64,000 bases of DNA from Eledone cirrhosa (GCA_964016885.1 OZ024740.1:352284001-352348000); one strand, 5' to 3'; counted from the stretch's first letter, positions 24,971 through 37,850 are shown. The notes: generated from the sequence alone by a model not told the origin. Made by a program: numbers and translations.

Positions 24971-26544
24971 GGTTTGCAGCCGACAGATTTTTTTTTTCCT
25001 TGACGCTGTGCTACGATTAGGTGTTTTATACGCCAAGGTTTACTTTGTTTTTCATCCGTACGGGGTCGATAAAATAAAGCACCAGTAATGCACTGGAGTA
25101 ATTGCTGGCCTTGCGCCAAAAGTAGAAACAATTACATAAACCAAAGGGCTTAAATCAAATCAATTTGAGATACACAAACAATCAAAAAAGTAGATTGGCA
25201 GCAATAATAAAAACAGTTCAGAAGGGTTGGGGGGGGGGGCATACACATTTCTTCAGTTGTACCATACATCAGGGAATGTTGTTGTTTCCCACGAAAACTT
25301 TTTGAGGCAACCCGAAACAGCGGTATTACCGAGAGCGATAAAAAGTTTGGGGAGTTAGAACAGCCAAGTACCCTCACAAACATCTAATACTTCAGTAGGA
25401 CTAATCGCCATCGATGACATAAACTTCGACCTCGGATCCCACAACTACGAATATCTGTTATAAAGGATTTTTTAATGTGAACCAACTTTCAATATCAATC
25501 TATTTATTAAATGGGTTAAGGGTTGCTGAACAACATTATGTCGCACACAAAAAGTTTTCATTTGTTGACATTTACTTTTTAGTCAGAAACGGAAAGCGTC
25601 CTTCAAACAAAAGAGGAGACAATTTCTGAAGAAATTCAGAAATAATCTCTCCAAATTGTCTAGAGGAAAATCTTATCTTTACAAAAAAGGGATAACTATA
25701 AACATGTTTTCGTTTGTTGTATCTCATCAACACTGCAGAATCTACTCAAACTTGCTTGATCAGTTGAGAAAAATTTTAAATGTAGAAAAAAGTTATAATT
25801 TCTGGCCAGTATAATTAGCTAATTCTTTGAGATTCGCAAACAATTGTTGCTAAAATTTTGCTTGTGAGAGGGTAATTCTAATTAATTAAGATTTTGTTAC
25901 ATTCATTTAGTACATCGCTCCCATCGAAATTGATGCCCATTTATTCAATGAGTTATTTCCATTCGTCTATTTTTTATGTTTTATCTAGTTGCTATGAAGG
26001 GATATAATTTGTCACAATAATGTTTAGAATTTTCCTTAAAAAAATAAACAAATTATTTATCAGAATATGTAGAATTTTTTTAAAGATAAAAATAATACAA
26101 TTTATTATGAGAATGATCATTATTAAATACTTTTGTTCATTAAATATTTTAACAAAATTACTCGTGACTGAAAACAAAATCCTACACAAACTAACGAGAG
26201 AAACTCTATTGCTAGAAATAACAGACAAATGTGATAAATTTTGCTTTTAGTCAAGGGTGCTTTTCTTAACGAAGGTAGTATGTCACCCGTTAAAAGGTAT
26301 TCGATTAAAGAGCTAACATCTTCACATTCGATAATTTAAGTAAATCGATGGGATCTATATAGTGCAGTAGTGCCATGAGAAAATTCTTTTTATGAAAAAC
26401 ATGACAAATTATTCAATAACTTTCAAAAGAAGAGAACAGGAAAATAGTTTATGTTTAGTTATCACTGAGTTTGGTTCAATCACAGCAGTAATTTTCTGGA
26501 TTAGTATTGGGCAGCAACTATTTTATATATATATATATATATAT

Positions 26545-26673
26545 AAGTGGTTACACAACAGTTAGTTCACCATATCGAGAACAATTGTTTCACCTTAGCG
26601 GATCCTCAGCTTGGACCCGCTAAAGTGAAACAATTGTTCTCGATATGGTGAACTAACTGTTGTGTAACCACTT
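26545..26673. repeat. ~60-bp-arm fold-back between (TA)n tracts, containing a minimal hammerhead-like motif (Penelope-type pLTR remnant)
   Basis: Arms aagtggttacacaacag...gtttcac / gtgaaac...ctgttgtgtaaccactt. Minus strand reads ag-CTGAGGA-tccgctaaggt-GAAA-caattg-TT-ct. Confidence 0.7.
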
Positions 26674-26737
26674 CTACCTAACTCGTCCCATGGACTGGGT
26701 GCTCTACCACTACGGATATTACCTTCCAGTGTTCTAC

Positions 26738-26770
<33 letters not shown>

Positions 26771-26776
<6 letters not shown>

Positions 26777-26985
26777 TAACATTAAAGTTTAAGCAAAGAA
26801 TCGCTGCTTTCGCCCTTAACGGGATCTTCTGAAACTCACAAGATCACGTTAAGGGTGAAAGCACCGATTCTTTGCTTAAACTTTAATCTGTTATTTTAAT
26901 AAATATTTGCTCTACGGTTCTTATATATTTGATATATATTTATCCTTATCGAGGATTTTAGTCTTCAAATTTATTATTATTACTA
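26771..26985. mobile_element. Penelope/retrozyme-like repeat family H as an inverted partial duplication; hammerhead-like motif at 26786-26836 (-)
   Basis: Fold-back at 26771-26900. Same sequence occurs at 29450-29565 and 56390-57065. Embedded in (TA)n. Confidence 0.7.
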
Positions 26986-27578
26986 TATATATATATATAA
27001 AGCGAATATGTTCTATTGTGTAATTCTTCTTTCTTTCAAGATAGAACATTTTCTAAACTAGCCTCATACCTTCCACTATGATGAGGTTGTATAATAATTT
27101 CTTTTAAGATAAGAAAACTGATTCCATTTTTTTTTTCTTCTTTTCTTATAGCCAAAAATTAAATAAAAGAGAGTGAGATGACATGAAAAATTATCAAATT
27201 CCTTTGAGCAGCCAGAGAAATTACTCTGACCAAGTTGATGTATTTTCATTAATGTATCATTGTGCTTAATTAAATATATTATTTGGCCATCACCATGTGA
27301 TAATAATGAATTTCTTTTATTTTACATCATAAAAAATTATTATAGAAATTTCAGTTGAATTTTATCGGTGGATTGGCAGTATCGGTAGAGGGTCGGACGC
27401 CATGCTTTCCAGCATAGTTACGTCCCTTTGCGGTCTGAGTTCAAATCCCGCCGAGGTTAACTTTGCCTTTCATCCTTACGGGGTCGATAAAATAAAGTAC
27501 CAGTAATGTACTAGGTAATTGCTGGCATGGTGCCAAAAGTAGAAACAATTATCTATAAAATTCAATACTACTCCTTTT

Positions 27579-27803
27579 TAACCCTTTAGCATTTAAACCG
27601 GGCATATCCAGCCAGAATTATCTCACTTCTTTCTATTCAAATCGGCCAAAACTAGCCCCTCATACCAACTTTAAGGTATTGTTCTCAAAATGAATATCAA
27701 AATCTCATAGATTCGATATTATGTGAGATAATTACGTGAGGTAAAGCCATTACCATGAAAATATAATAGTATATATAGAGTATGTAACTGCTAAAGGGTT
27801 AAA
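27579..27803. mobile_element. piggyBac-type MITE (related copies at 33262-33490, about 41310-41505, 27964-28056, about 19220-19325)
   Basis: TTAA-CCCTTTAGCA ... TGCTAAAGGG-TTAA. Confidence 0.8.
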
Positions 27804-28062
27804 CCACCATATATTTCAAGGCTTAATGATCCTCCAGTTATGTACCTACTCCAAGGAAAAAATGTTACAAGTGCTTTGAATAATTTCTCATGTTTTAATT
27901 TATTTTCTCTTATTTTAGAACAAATTGTTATTTAACTTCATCAGATCATTTTATTAGCAGACCTTAACTATTTAGCATTTAAACCAGCTTATCCGGCCAG
28001 AATTCTCTCACCATACTGATGTTAAGCTATTGTTCTCAAAATAAATAATATCAAAAATGTCA

Positions 28063-29164
28063 TCTATATATATAAAACTGAGGTTGTCTGTCTGTCTATC
28101 GATTTTTGGCACACATCTCCTCTTAGAATCTCTCACGGAATTGCACCGAAATTGTTATACTTGTACATTGAGCCCTAGCGAAGACATCGGAAAAAAAATA
28201 TTTCAAATTGACCCGCCCTATCTGACGAAATCGAATATAATGTATCGATTTTTGAGCGTAAGTGATGAGTTATTTCCCTTTGTTCTGTTTACATTCAGCG
28301 TAGCGTCTTACGTTCTCTTTACATTTTCTGCGTGCAAAAATTAAAAAAATGATTTCCCTTTGTTCTGTTTACATTCAGCGTAGCGTCTTACGTTCTGTTT
28401 ACATTTTCTGCGTGCAAAAATTAAAAAAATTACGCTGGCAAAAATTAAAAAAATTACGCTGGCTTTCTCAGCGTTTAAAATGACATTAACACAATACGCG
28501 AACAGTTGTCGAGCCAGCAAAATTTTGACCTGCAAAATTCATCAGTTCGAACACTAAACTTCCGTTTTGCTTCATTTCCATTTAAAAGCCTTTTAAAACA
28601 ATATTTTTACTTGAAAACAAGTCTATTTAAAGACTACGTAAAACAAGCAAATATTTCGTAAAAAAAAGCAAAAATTATATAAGTTTATTTAAAATATATG
28701 TATCTGTAAATTTCGTTAGGCGTGCAGAGAGGTGATATACGCGTGCAGACAGATAGTCGTGCAGAGAGGTGATATACGCGTGCAGACAGATAGTCGTGCA
28801 GAGAGGTGATATACGCGTGCAGACAGATAGTCGTGCAGAGAGGTGATATAGGCGTGCAGACAGACATAACTGATAATTTGGTTACGCTAATGTTTTTCTC
28901 TGCGTTGCAGTGTTTACATTTTCGATCTTTGTTAACCAGTGCAGTTTTTATCCCCAGCATCCTCTTTTGTTATAACATTCGGGTTATCGTTATGTTTTCT
29001 TAACTTCATAAGGCATATTGTTGGTTGAGGGAATATTAATAAAAAACACCACATGCAAGTCTGCACAGTAGACACTACAGTTTTTAAGCCAAAAAAGAAA
29101 CTTAACATTGTAACTTTAAGACAGCTACTGAGCGACCCCGAGCAACGCCGGGCTTTACTGCTAG
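28063..29164 (+). mobile_element. Non-autonomous Helitron
   Basis: A|TCTATATATATAAAACTG 5' end, subterminal hairpin CCCGAGCAACGCCGGG, CTAG|T 3' end, internal tandem duplications. Confidence 0.85.
28721..28868. repeat. 37-bp minisatellite, 4 copies, inside the Helitron
   Basis: Unit cgtgcagagaggtgatatacgcgtgcagacagatagt. Confidence 0.9.
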
Positions 29165-29176
29165 TATATATATATA

Positions 29177-30120
29177 TCTATACTATAAAGCTGACGGCCG
29201 TATGCAGGTAACAATCTTTCTGCCAAACGGCTGGACCAAACAGCACCAAATTTGCACCATAGATGTAACTTTTTCCAAGTAAAAAAGTTAGGGTATTTTT
29301 GTCTACTGAATTTTGTTAAAAGATTAAAGACATTATTTAAATATTCACTTCGTTAAAATTTCAAATGTCAACACTTCCGGTTATACGTCCTCACTTTTTC
29401 TTATGATGCCGCACAACATGCTCTGTATGTATGGCTGTCTGCATTACATAACGTTTTTCAAAATATTTACTTCTGCGTTCACAGACGGATTTTTTTTAGT
29501 TTCAGAAGATCCCGTTAAGGGTGAAAGCGATTCTTTGCTTAAACTTTAATCTGTTATTTTAATATATATATTCGTGTACAGATATTTTTGCATACACAAA
29601 AACAAAAACCTATTTATTTCACGAAAGCACAGATGGCTTATCGTCATTGTTACTGTTCGAGGTTAGAGGGCAAAAGTCTATCCAAGATCTGAGAACCATC
29701 AATGGCCATCAATGTTCCACTTACCGTTTGGCTTGCCAGATGCGTTGTATGTTACACGATGACAGCCATTGGCACTTCACCCACGAAAGTCTAGCTGGGG
29801 ACATCCTCCACCGTATACGCAGACACAATCCGAATGTAACATACGATGTTGTTTTCAATGAGGCGCTCATTTGTCTTGAAAACAGTGTCCTGGAGATTGG
29901 TGGTAGGCCTCTAAGTCACTACAGCTTACCTGCTCTTGACAGGAGTGTCCAGAGGTCAACGTCTACAGAGCTTCTTCGCGAGATGAGCTACGAGATCAGT
30001 GCTTCTCCCATGGTCAATTGTATGTAGGATGCTCTAGGGTGAGCTCGCCAAACAATCTCTTCATCTTTGCTCCGGAGGGCCAAACAAAAAATATTTTATA
30101 CTCTGAGGCTCTAACAATGT
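29177..30120 (+). mobile_element. Internally deleted Helitron with a RepHel remnant
   Basis: 5' TCTATACTATAAAGCTG. LLFEVRGQKSIQDLRTINGHQCSTYRLAC..LHDDSHW is joined to the PIF1 C-terminal motif SHGQLYVGCSRV..QTKNILYSEAL. Confidence 0.8.
29498..29545 (+). ncRNA. Putative type I hammerhead ribozyme, variant core (family H)
   Basis: AGTTT-CAGAAGA-t CCC gttaa GGG t-GAA-AGC gattcttt GCT-T-AAACT. Stems I, II and III all pair; predicted CUU cleavage triplet; core has A at U4. Confidence 0.6.
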
Positions 30121-30669
30121 AATTTAAATATTTTCTGTTACTTGGAATTTCCATTATGGTTGTACAAATTATTGTTTGTTAAAAAAATTGTTCTCTGTTC
30201 AGCCTTTATTGTTGTAACTATCAATTTTCTTTAACGTACTGGCTGCTGAACTGGGGAATCCTAAAAACTATTCAAAACCAACATCAGAGCAGATAATAAT
30301 ATATACGTCTGGATCGTTCGCTAGATAGAGATGCTATAGATAAAAGATATATTTTATCTGTAACATCTCTATCTGATGAACGATCCTGACATATATTATT
30401 ATCGTCTGTGATCCAGAAATATTTGGTAATGGAGTAGTTATATTTTGTGTTGTTCACTTTCTAATTAAATATATATATATATATGATTTATTTTTAGAAG
30501 CTTCAATGTCGCTGTCAACTTTTTTCCATCAAGAGGCTTTTATACCCACCTTGTTAGATTATTTTTCAAAGAAAAAAAAATATGTAGAAGCTTCTAAATG
30601 GTCAATAAATACTATATTAACATAAATAAATGTACATATATATATATAAATACTATAAGTATATGTATC

Positions 30670-32250
30670 ATCATCATCATCACCGTTTTACGTCCGTAGA
30701 CGGGTTGTCCTGTTGTGGGCAGTGTCTGGTCGGCTGACCATGCCTTGCTCATACAGGAACTGATTTTGGCTTGATTTCTACAGCTGGATGCCCTTCCTAA
30801 CACCAACCTCATTTACAGTGAGTGCTAAGCTTTTTTCCGTGGCGCCTACACGTCCACTTTACAGTGTGGGCTGGGTGCTTTTTTGCCGTGGCACCTCCAC
30901 GACCACCTTGCAGTGGGAGGGTGTGGGGGCATATTGTCTATATGCTTCAGCTTGTACCCATGAGAGGTCAGGTACTCTGTATTACTGCGTGACGCCAGAG
31001 GTCACGGTCGTGTGTCATCGCCTTTGAGAGGTGTAATTGGGTAAGGTCGGCTTTTATCACCTCATCCCAGGTCTCCCCACTCAGCGGTTTTCATTGACTT
31101 CTAGTGCTCTGCACCTTTTTATGCAGCTGTCATCCTTCATACGCATCACATTTCCATACCAACACAACCGCCTCTCCTGCACACAGCATTTGATTCCTCT
31201 TATGCTCAGTCTCTCTCTCAATTCATTTATGCTTTGTCGTTCGCGTATATTACTATTACAAATCCATCGGAGCATGCAGGCTTCGTTTCTTTCTAATCTA
31301 CGTAAAACTTCCACCTTCAGCGCCCAGGTTTCACTACCATGTAACATTGCTGTTCATACAGTCTGCCTTTCATTTTGAGGGAGAAGCCTTTTGCAGCTAG
31401 CAGTGGCAGTAGTTCCCTGAACTTCTTCCATCCCGTTCTTACCCTAGTTATTGTACTTTCTGAACACCCACCTCCGCAACTAATTCGGTCACCTAGGTAG
31501 CAGAAGCTGTCTACTGTTTCTACAGAGCCCTCCCAGAGATTGGTGGTACTTGTTTCCTGTGGCTGTTTGCTGCTTGCTGTCCCAGCACAGCTGCTACATG
31601 TGAAACCTACATTCTTAATTAAGCTTCCTGAGATCCCGCTACATCTCTTGTGTACCCATTGTTTGCATTTGGGGCAGAGAATGGAGTTCCTACCTACACC
31701 TTTCCTACATACTGAGCAAGGCCATTTCCTTGAGGGGATCTGGGTTCTGTTTTCTCATCTACTTATAAGGACCTTAGTCTTTGTCATGTTGACTTTGAGA
31801 CCCTTTCTTTCTAGTCCCTGCTTCCAAGTTTGGAATTTCTTCTCTAATTCTACCATAGATTCAGCTATAAGTGCAAGGTCATCAGCATACAAGAGTTCCC
31901 ATGGGCATCCGGTCTTAAACTCCTCCGTTATTGCCTGCAGGACTATGATGAACAGGAAAGGGCTAAGAACAGAGCCCTGGTGGACACCAACCTGTACGCT
32001 AAATTCCTCGCTATACTCATTGCTAATCCTAACTTTGCTGACTGCTCCCCTATACATGGCTTGTACAGCTTTCACAAGCCATTCATCTACTCCTAGTTTT
32101 CTAAGAGCCCACCAGATTACAGCACGTGGAACTCTGTCAAAGGCTTTCTCGAGATAGACGAATGCCAGGTAGAGTGGCTTACTTTTAGCTAGGTACTTTT
32201 CCTGTAACTGCCTCACAAGGAAGAGGGCATCAGTGGTGCCTCTTCCTGAA
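30670..32250 (-). mobile_element. 5'-truncated RTE LINE (RT, PHD-like Cys cluster, C-terminus, 3' UTR with (GAT)n tail)
   Basis: LAFVYLEKAFDRVPR, GVHQGSVLSPFLF, LYADDL, CSVCRKGVGRNSILCPKCKQWVHKRC, MLHGSETW. Confidence 0.92.
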
Positions 32251-34234
32251 AGAGAGAGAGAGAACGAAGGAAAGATGAAGACTGTTATCATCATCATTAT
32301 TTTACGTCTGCTTTTCCCTGCTTGCAAGGGTGGGACGGATCCTCTTCAACACAGCATCTCTCCATTTGTCACAGTCCTTCATCATCTCTGTGAGCTTCAG
32401 CGATATATATATATATATTTAAATATAGGAACTTATAAAGAGTAAATGTTAATAGCATATGTATAAAGTACTATTTTCCTTTCATCCCTTTTTCATTCTC
32501 TTTAGGCAATGAAATATATATTTAAGGTCACTACATATATATTGGAAAATAAAATATACTTTTTAATTCTCAATTTCTTTTTCTGAAATTACCACTTTTT
32601 TAATACTATATTAATAGTGTTTGAGTGTGAGCAATTTTATGAATAATTGTAGGCATTACATTTACACACATACATGCACACTTACATATTTACCCATGGA
32701 TACATTTATGTACACATATGTCATATACATACTGACGTACATGTCCTTACATATACACACATATCAGTACATAGATGTCTAATCAGTCCAACACATGCAT
32801 GCGTATGTTCAATCCTAACAACTGAAATTTTTTTAAATAAACAGAAACCAGGAAGACAATCTATGATTTCTCCAAAGTCCCTCCCACGATAATAGACGAT
32901 AAATCCGAAAACGTTTTGGACTAATAAACATTCAGTCATTTTTCTTCTTTCATTTTCCTTCTTCACCCAGATTTTGCTTTCCACCTTACCACTTTCAATT
33001 CCTTCCAACTTGTTGCCTTGGGAACTATAACCCACTTGCATCATACGGCTTCCTAAACATACCAAATTTTCATATCCACATATTTTTTTATATTTATAGA
33101 TTTTTATTTGTATTTATATCACTTAACTATTTTTATTTTCAAAATTAATATTTATTTTATATAAATTTGTAAAAACTTAATTATAATTATTTTACCTGAT
33201 ATTCCCTATAGTTGCAAAAGTATACTCCCCAAATTACCTGTCATATAACAGGTAACACTAGTTAACCCTTTAGCATTTGCATTACTCTATATTTACTATT
33301 GTATTTTCATGGTAAACACTTTATTTCACATAATTATCTCACATAATATCGAATCTACAAGATTTTGATATTATATATTTTGAGAACACTACCTTAACAT
33401 AAGTATAAGCAGCAGGTTATGACTAGTTTGAACAGAAAGAGGTGAGAGAATTCTGGCCAGATACAACCGGTTTAAATGCTAAAGAGTTAACTTATATTAA
33501 TACATATTTAAGTGAGGGCGAGAGGATTATTAACACCAAAAGTTGATAGATTTGATGCTCTAGAAGAGCAGTATAATGATCATTTTAAATTGAGAATAAT
33601 ATAAAATTTATTTATCTTTCTTAATGCATGCTACAATAAACATATAGTAAGTAATATGCAATTTTAGACAATTATACATCTTATACGACTTGAGTATAAG
33701 TATTTCAACATTTATAAGTAACAATAAGTTTCTTTGCAATGTCAAGAAAGACATTGCAACAATTCATACAATGCTAAACTTTAAAAAATACATTAAATTA
33801 TTGATCAATAAGGAAAGGCAATACTTTTGCAAAACCTATAAAAATTACTAACATTTTAATAAAACTACTTTCAACTTGTGCTACAATATTTGTTTTTCTC
33901 AAATCTATTTCATCGTTCCTTCTATTAACCACATGGTATGTTACTCCATTTCTGGAGTGGCAAAATCAATCTTTTTTTCCCCCTTTGATCTTGTGCTGTT
34001 GCAATTCTGCCAAACTCACAAATTAGCAATAATTGAGAAATTCAAACTAAAAAAAGATAACTGATGATTAAAAACTTAAAAACTAACATGCTTGATATGG
34101 CTTGCTTAAATATCATTATGTAGTATGATTTGGATGTTTGTTTATGACTTCACAGAAGTATATTATAAATCATAGGTGTGTAACTTGTGTGAATATTTTT
34201 GTGTGATATCATTTCTTCACTGTACAAATATACC

Positions 34235-35170
34235 TCTGCCCAGGTCTTTCTCAGCACTATCATACAGCACTGCACAACACACTGGCATCATACAGTCATC
34301 CTTTTGTATGTAGGGAGGAACCTTCTGTGGTCAACAGTGCGAGTAGCTCTGAACTTTTTCCATCCTATCCTTATTCTAGCTATTATGCTCTCAGAGTACC
34401 ATCATCCATTGAAAATTATATCACCTTGATAGCAGAAGCTATCAACCACTTCTACAGGTACTTCCTGTTACTGGAATAGGTTTATATCACTGGCTAAATT
34501 CCCCTTGGTTACGCCTATGAATCTTGTACAAACAAAGTCTTCCCTTCCTGTTAGTCTACCTGTTATCCCACTACATCTCTTGTGTACCCAAGATTTACAT
34601 TGTGTACTCATATAGAGTTTATGCCTACTTCCTTTCTACATATTGAGCAGGGCCACTTCCCTGAAGGAATCAGGGTTCTATCTTTTCTCCCACTCACTAG
34701 CACTTTAGTTTGGCTAAGTTTGCTCTCAGGCCTTTTGATTCTAAATTCCATAATCGGAAATTATTTTCTATATCTTTAATGGATTTGGCTATAAGGACCA
34801 AATTATCTGCACAAAGAAGTTCCCATGGGCAGCCTCTGTTATAGCTTGAAGAACTATAATGAATAGTAGTGGGCTAAGAACCAAACCTTGATGAACTCTT
34901 ACTTGTCTACGTGTGCCTTGAATTCCTCACTAAACTCATTTCCTACTCTCACTTTGCTAACAGCTCCTCTATACATGGCTTGCACTGCTCTCATTAACCA
35001 TTCTTCTACACCTAATTTCTCTGTCAAACACTTTTTCTAGGTCAACGAAAGCTAGGTATAAGTGGCTTATTTTGGGCTAAGAATTTCTCATGTAGTTGCC
35101 TCACTAAAAAGAGGGTGCCTGTAGTACTTTTCCCAGGCATCAAACCAAACTTCATCTCGTCTAATTTAAC
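34235..35170 (-). mobile_element. Older decayed copy of the same RTE family
   Basis: Alignable to 31340-32250 (ctacatctcttgtgtaccca, gagcagggccacttccctga, ttcccatgggca). Confidence 0.8.
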
Positions 35171-35539
35171 TTTTTTTTTAATATATATATATATATATTG
35201 CTTTGGGACAGGAGAAAGAACAAGGAAGGCGAAAGTAACCTTGCAAGAAAAGTATTTGCTGAGAGAAAATCAGTGGAGTAAAAAATTGTTTTTATATTTG
35301 ACAAAAAAAAAAACAAAAAAAAACAATTGTATTGTGGGCAGAGTAGTGTTCTGAAAGTCTGAATACAAAGAAACGGTCAATGGTGTGGCAAGGTGAATGG
35401 AAATGATGGTCCACAGGTTTGGCCTGAGTGGAGTGGTGAATATTTGATCATGAAAACAATCACCTAAATGGCTATGTTGAAAAATGTACATTCATCAGGA
35501 GGGATCTTCACTGATGATGAAACCCAATGTATGTAGCAA

Positions 35540-36200
35540 CAACCTTGATAGTTCTAGCTACACATTTTTTATGTATAAGGGATAGAGGTTTGAAAATGTT
35601 TTCTTGATATGTGTAGTGGTTGTGTCTTTGTGCTGCCAAAGGAGACAAGTTTACCATGATCCTACTGGAGGATGTTTTCAAAGTTATTGCTCATGGTGTC
35701 AGTGTAGGTTTAGTATGAGATATCATTGCTGCATGTATATAATGGGTGTTGTTTAAGTTGATGGCAATTAAGTTATTGATACATAGGAGGCAGTATGTGA
35801 GGGAACAAAACAAAACCTTGGGGCACACCAGAGTTGATAGTGTATAGGTCAGCAAGAGTTCTATTGACACACCCCATGATGGTGTGATCTGAGTGGAGCC
35901 AATCCAAAGAAACTGATAGTTCTATCAAGAGAGTCCTATGCCAGATACAATTAAATGCTTTGCTGATGTCGAGTGCAACATCAATGTCTTCATCAAATCT
36001 CTCTAGGGAAAGGGCCAACTTCTGGATGACATGAAAGAGCTGGAATCCAGTAGATTTGGTTTTACAAAAATCAAACTAGTAGTCATTGAGGGAGATTTAG
36101 GATGTTGGAGAAAATTTGTTAATAATCATCTCTATCACCTTTTAGATACTGGAAAGGTCAGAGAGATGTTCTTCTTGGGAATAGGATTCATTTTAACAAA
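35540..36200 (-). mobile_element. CR1/jockey-group RT fragment
   Basis: ALDISKAFNCIWH..LL and INSGVPQGFVLFP motifs. Confidence 0.75.
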
Positions 36201-37086
36201 TGTACCAATTGATTTATTAGTAAAAGAGGAGGAAATATAACAAAAAGCATGGACATTACTTTAACTCTTTTCCATGCATCCACGGGAAGACACCAACTTA
36301 AAAACGAAAAACCGTCGAATTAATTTTTTAAAAACTCAAAATAGTGACTGTTACGAAGCTCTGCAACATATAACTGATAATTTACCTGGACATGTAACAT
36401 TTTAATAGTTAAGTACACAAACGCCTCTTATTACTTTATATCACAGAAATGCAGTAAACAATCGATTGCTCCATTGGATTTTCTAATTAATATACAAGTA
36501 ACGCAGCAAGTGTGTTGGTTTGCCTCGAAAATTATTAGAGAGGTTTCCCAGTGCTCCTCGCGATATTGTTATAATTTGCTCTGGTAGCGGTTCGTTTGTC
36601 CACCCCTTTTGCCTGCTTTTTGTTGTATGTGGTCCTAGATGTATGTATTACCTGCTTGTGTATTTTTTTTCTTTTTTCCTTTCCCTTTTCTTTCTCTTTT
36701 TTAATTATTTGTAATGTTATTTATATACAAAATTATATTCTTTCCGTAAATACGGAAAAAAAAACATACAAATGTCTGATGTACGTTTATGAAAATAAGT
36801 AAGCACAATGTGAACGAAAAAAAGGACATCGTTAGGAGAGGGGAGACGGGAAAACTTTTTTTTTTTATTACACATGCCTCCGAGATGGCTGTAATGGATT
36901 TTTTTTTTTTTTTTTTTAAGTAATTAGATAAGTTTGGTTACAATTTTGAAAGTGAAATTTGTTTTTCCTGTGATTATTTGGTGTGTTTTGAACAAATATT
37001 GCCTTCAAACTCGTTAATTACTCGTTTTTTGTTATACCCCCACCCAAAAACTCCATAACATCCGTCTCGGAGACTGGTGTAATAAT

Positions 37087-37310
37087 TGTTTCTTATATAG
37101 GCACAAGGCCAGCAATTTTGCGGGAGGGGAAAGTCGATTAAATCGACCCCAGTGTATGACTAGTACTTTATTTTATCGACCCCATAAGAGTGAAATGCAA
37201 AGTTCAAAGTTAACCTCGGCGAGATTTGAACTCAGATTATAAAGGACCGTTATTCTATGCTGCAAAGCATGGCGTCCGACCCTCTACCGATACTGCCAAT
37301 CCACCGCCCT
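37087..37310 (-). mobile_element. Full-length SINE family A copy with TSD
   Basis: Flanked on both sides by GGAGACTGGTGTAATAAT; A and B boxes intact on the minus strand. Confidence 0.88.
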
Positions 37311-37449
37311 GGAGACTGGTGTAATAATAATTTACCAAAGTAAATAACATGGATGAATTCACTACAGTTATATCAAAACAGAAATAGGAAAATTATGAGA
37401 TAAAAGAAAACAATTTGACAGGGAGCGAGAATGGCGTAGACAAAGAAAT

Positions 37450-37850
37450 AACTAAAATATAGCAGTGACACTTACATAATATTGTTGTTTATAAGATAAA
37501 ATAATTGTTTCTACTTTTGGCACAAGGCCAGCAATTATCCCAGTGCATTACTGGTGCTTTATTTTATCGACCTCGTAAGGATGAAAGGCAAAGTAAACCT
37601 CGGCGGGATTTGAACTCAGAACGTAAAGGGGGATAATTATATGCTGTAAAGCTCTACCGATACTACCAAGATAAAATAATGAAAGACGTACCAATGCGGA
37701 CATTGATAAATTCAACAGATCTTTCAACTACTTACATGTTATTTCTGTTTTCGTCTGGTTAATGAACAATCTCTTGACTAATAAATGTAAAACATTGTGT
37801 CGTTCATAAGTGAAGAATTTATCTCTAATCAATAGAGAGGGCTATCGATT
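37450..37850 (-). promoter_or_regulatory. Diverged orphan ZNF promoter/exon-1 module with a SINE inserted at about 37500-37670
   Basis: acttacataat donor (37470-37475), ataagat, ctttcaactactt, ttttcgtctggtt and ctctaatcaatagagagggctat. The CGGAAGT block is missing. Confidence 0.55.

Noticed and set aside
30373-30400. CTGATGA as a hammerhead core or C/D snoRNA box (also near 15024, 19984, 34061, 35511)
   Set aside because: No stem II-GAAA-stem III arrangement and no paired C/D terminal stem seen.
31755-32327. 190-aa ORF as a host gene
   Set aside because: An RTE RT fragment fused by chance to microsatellite and SINE-tail sequence.
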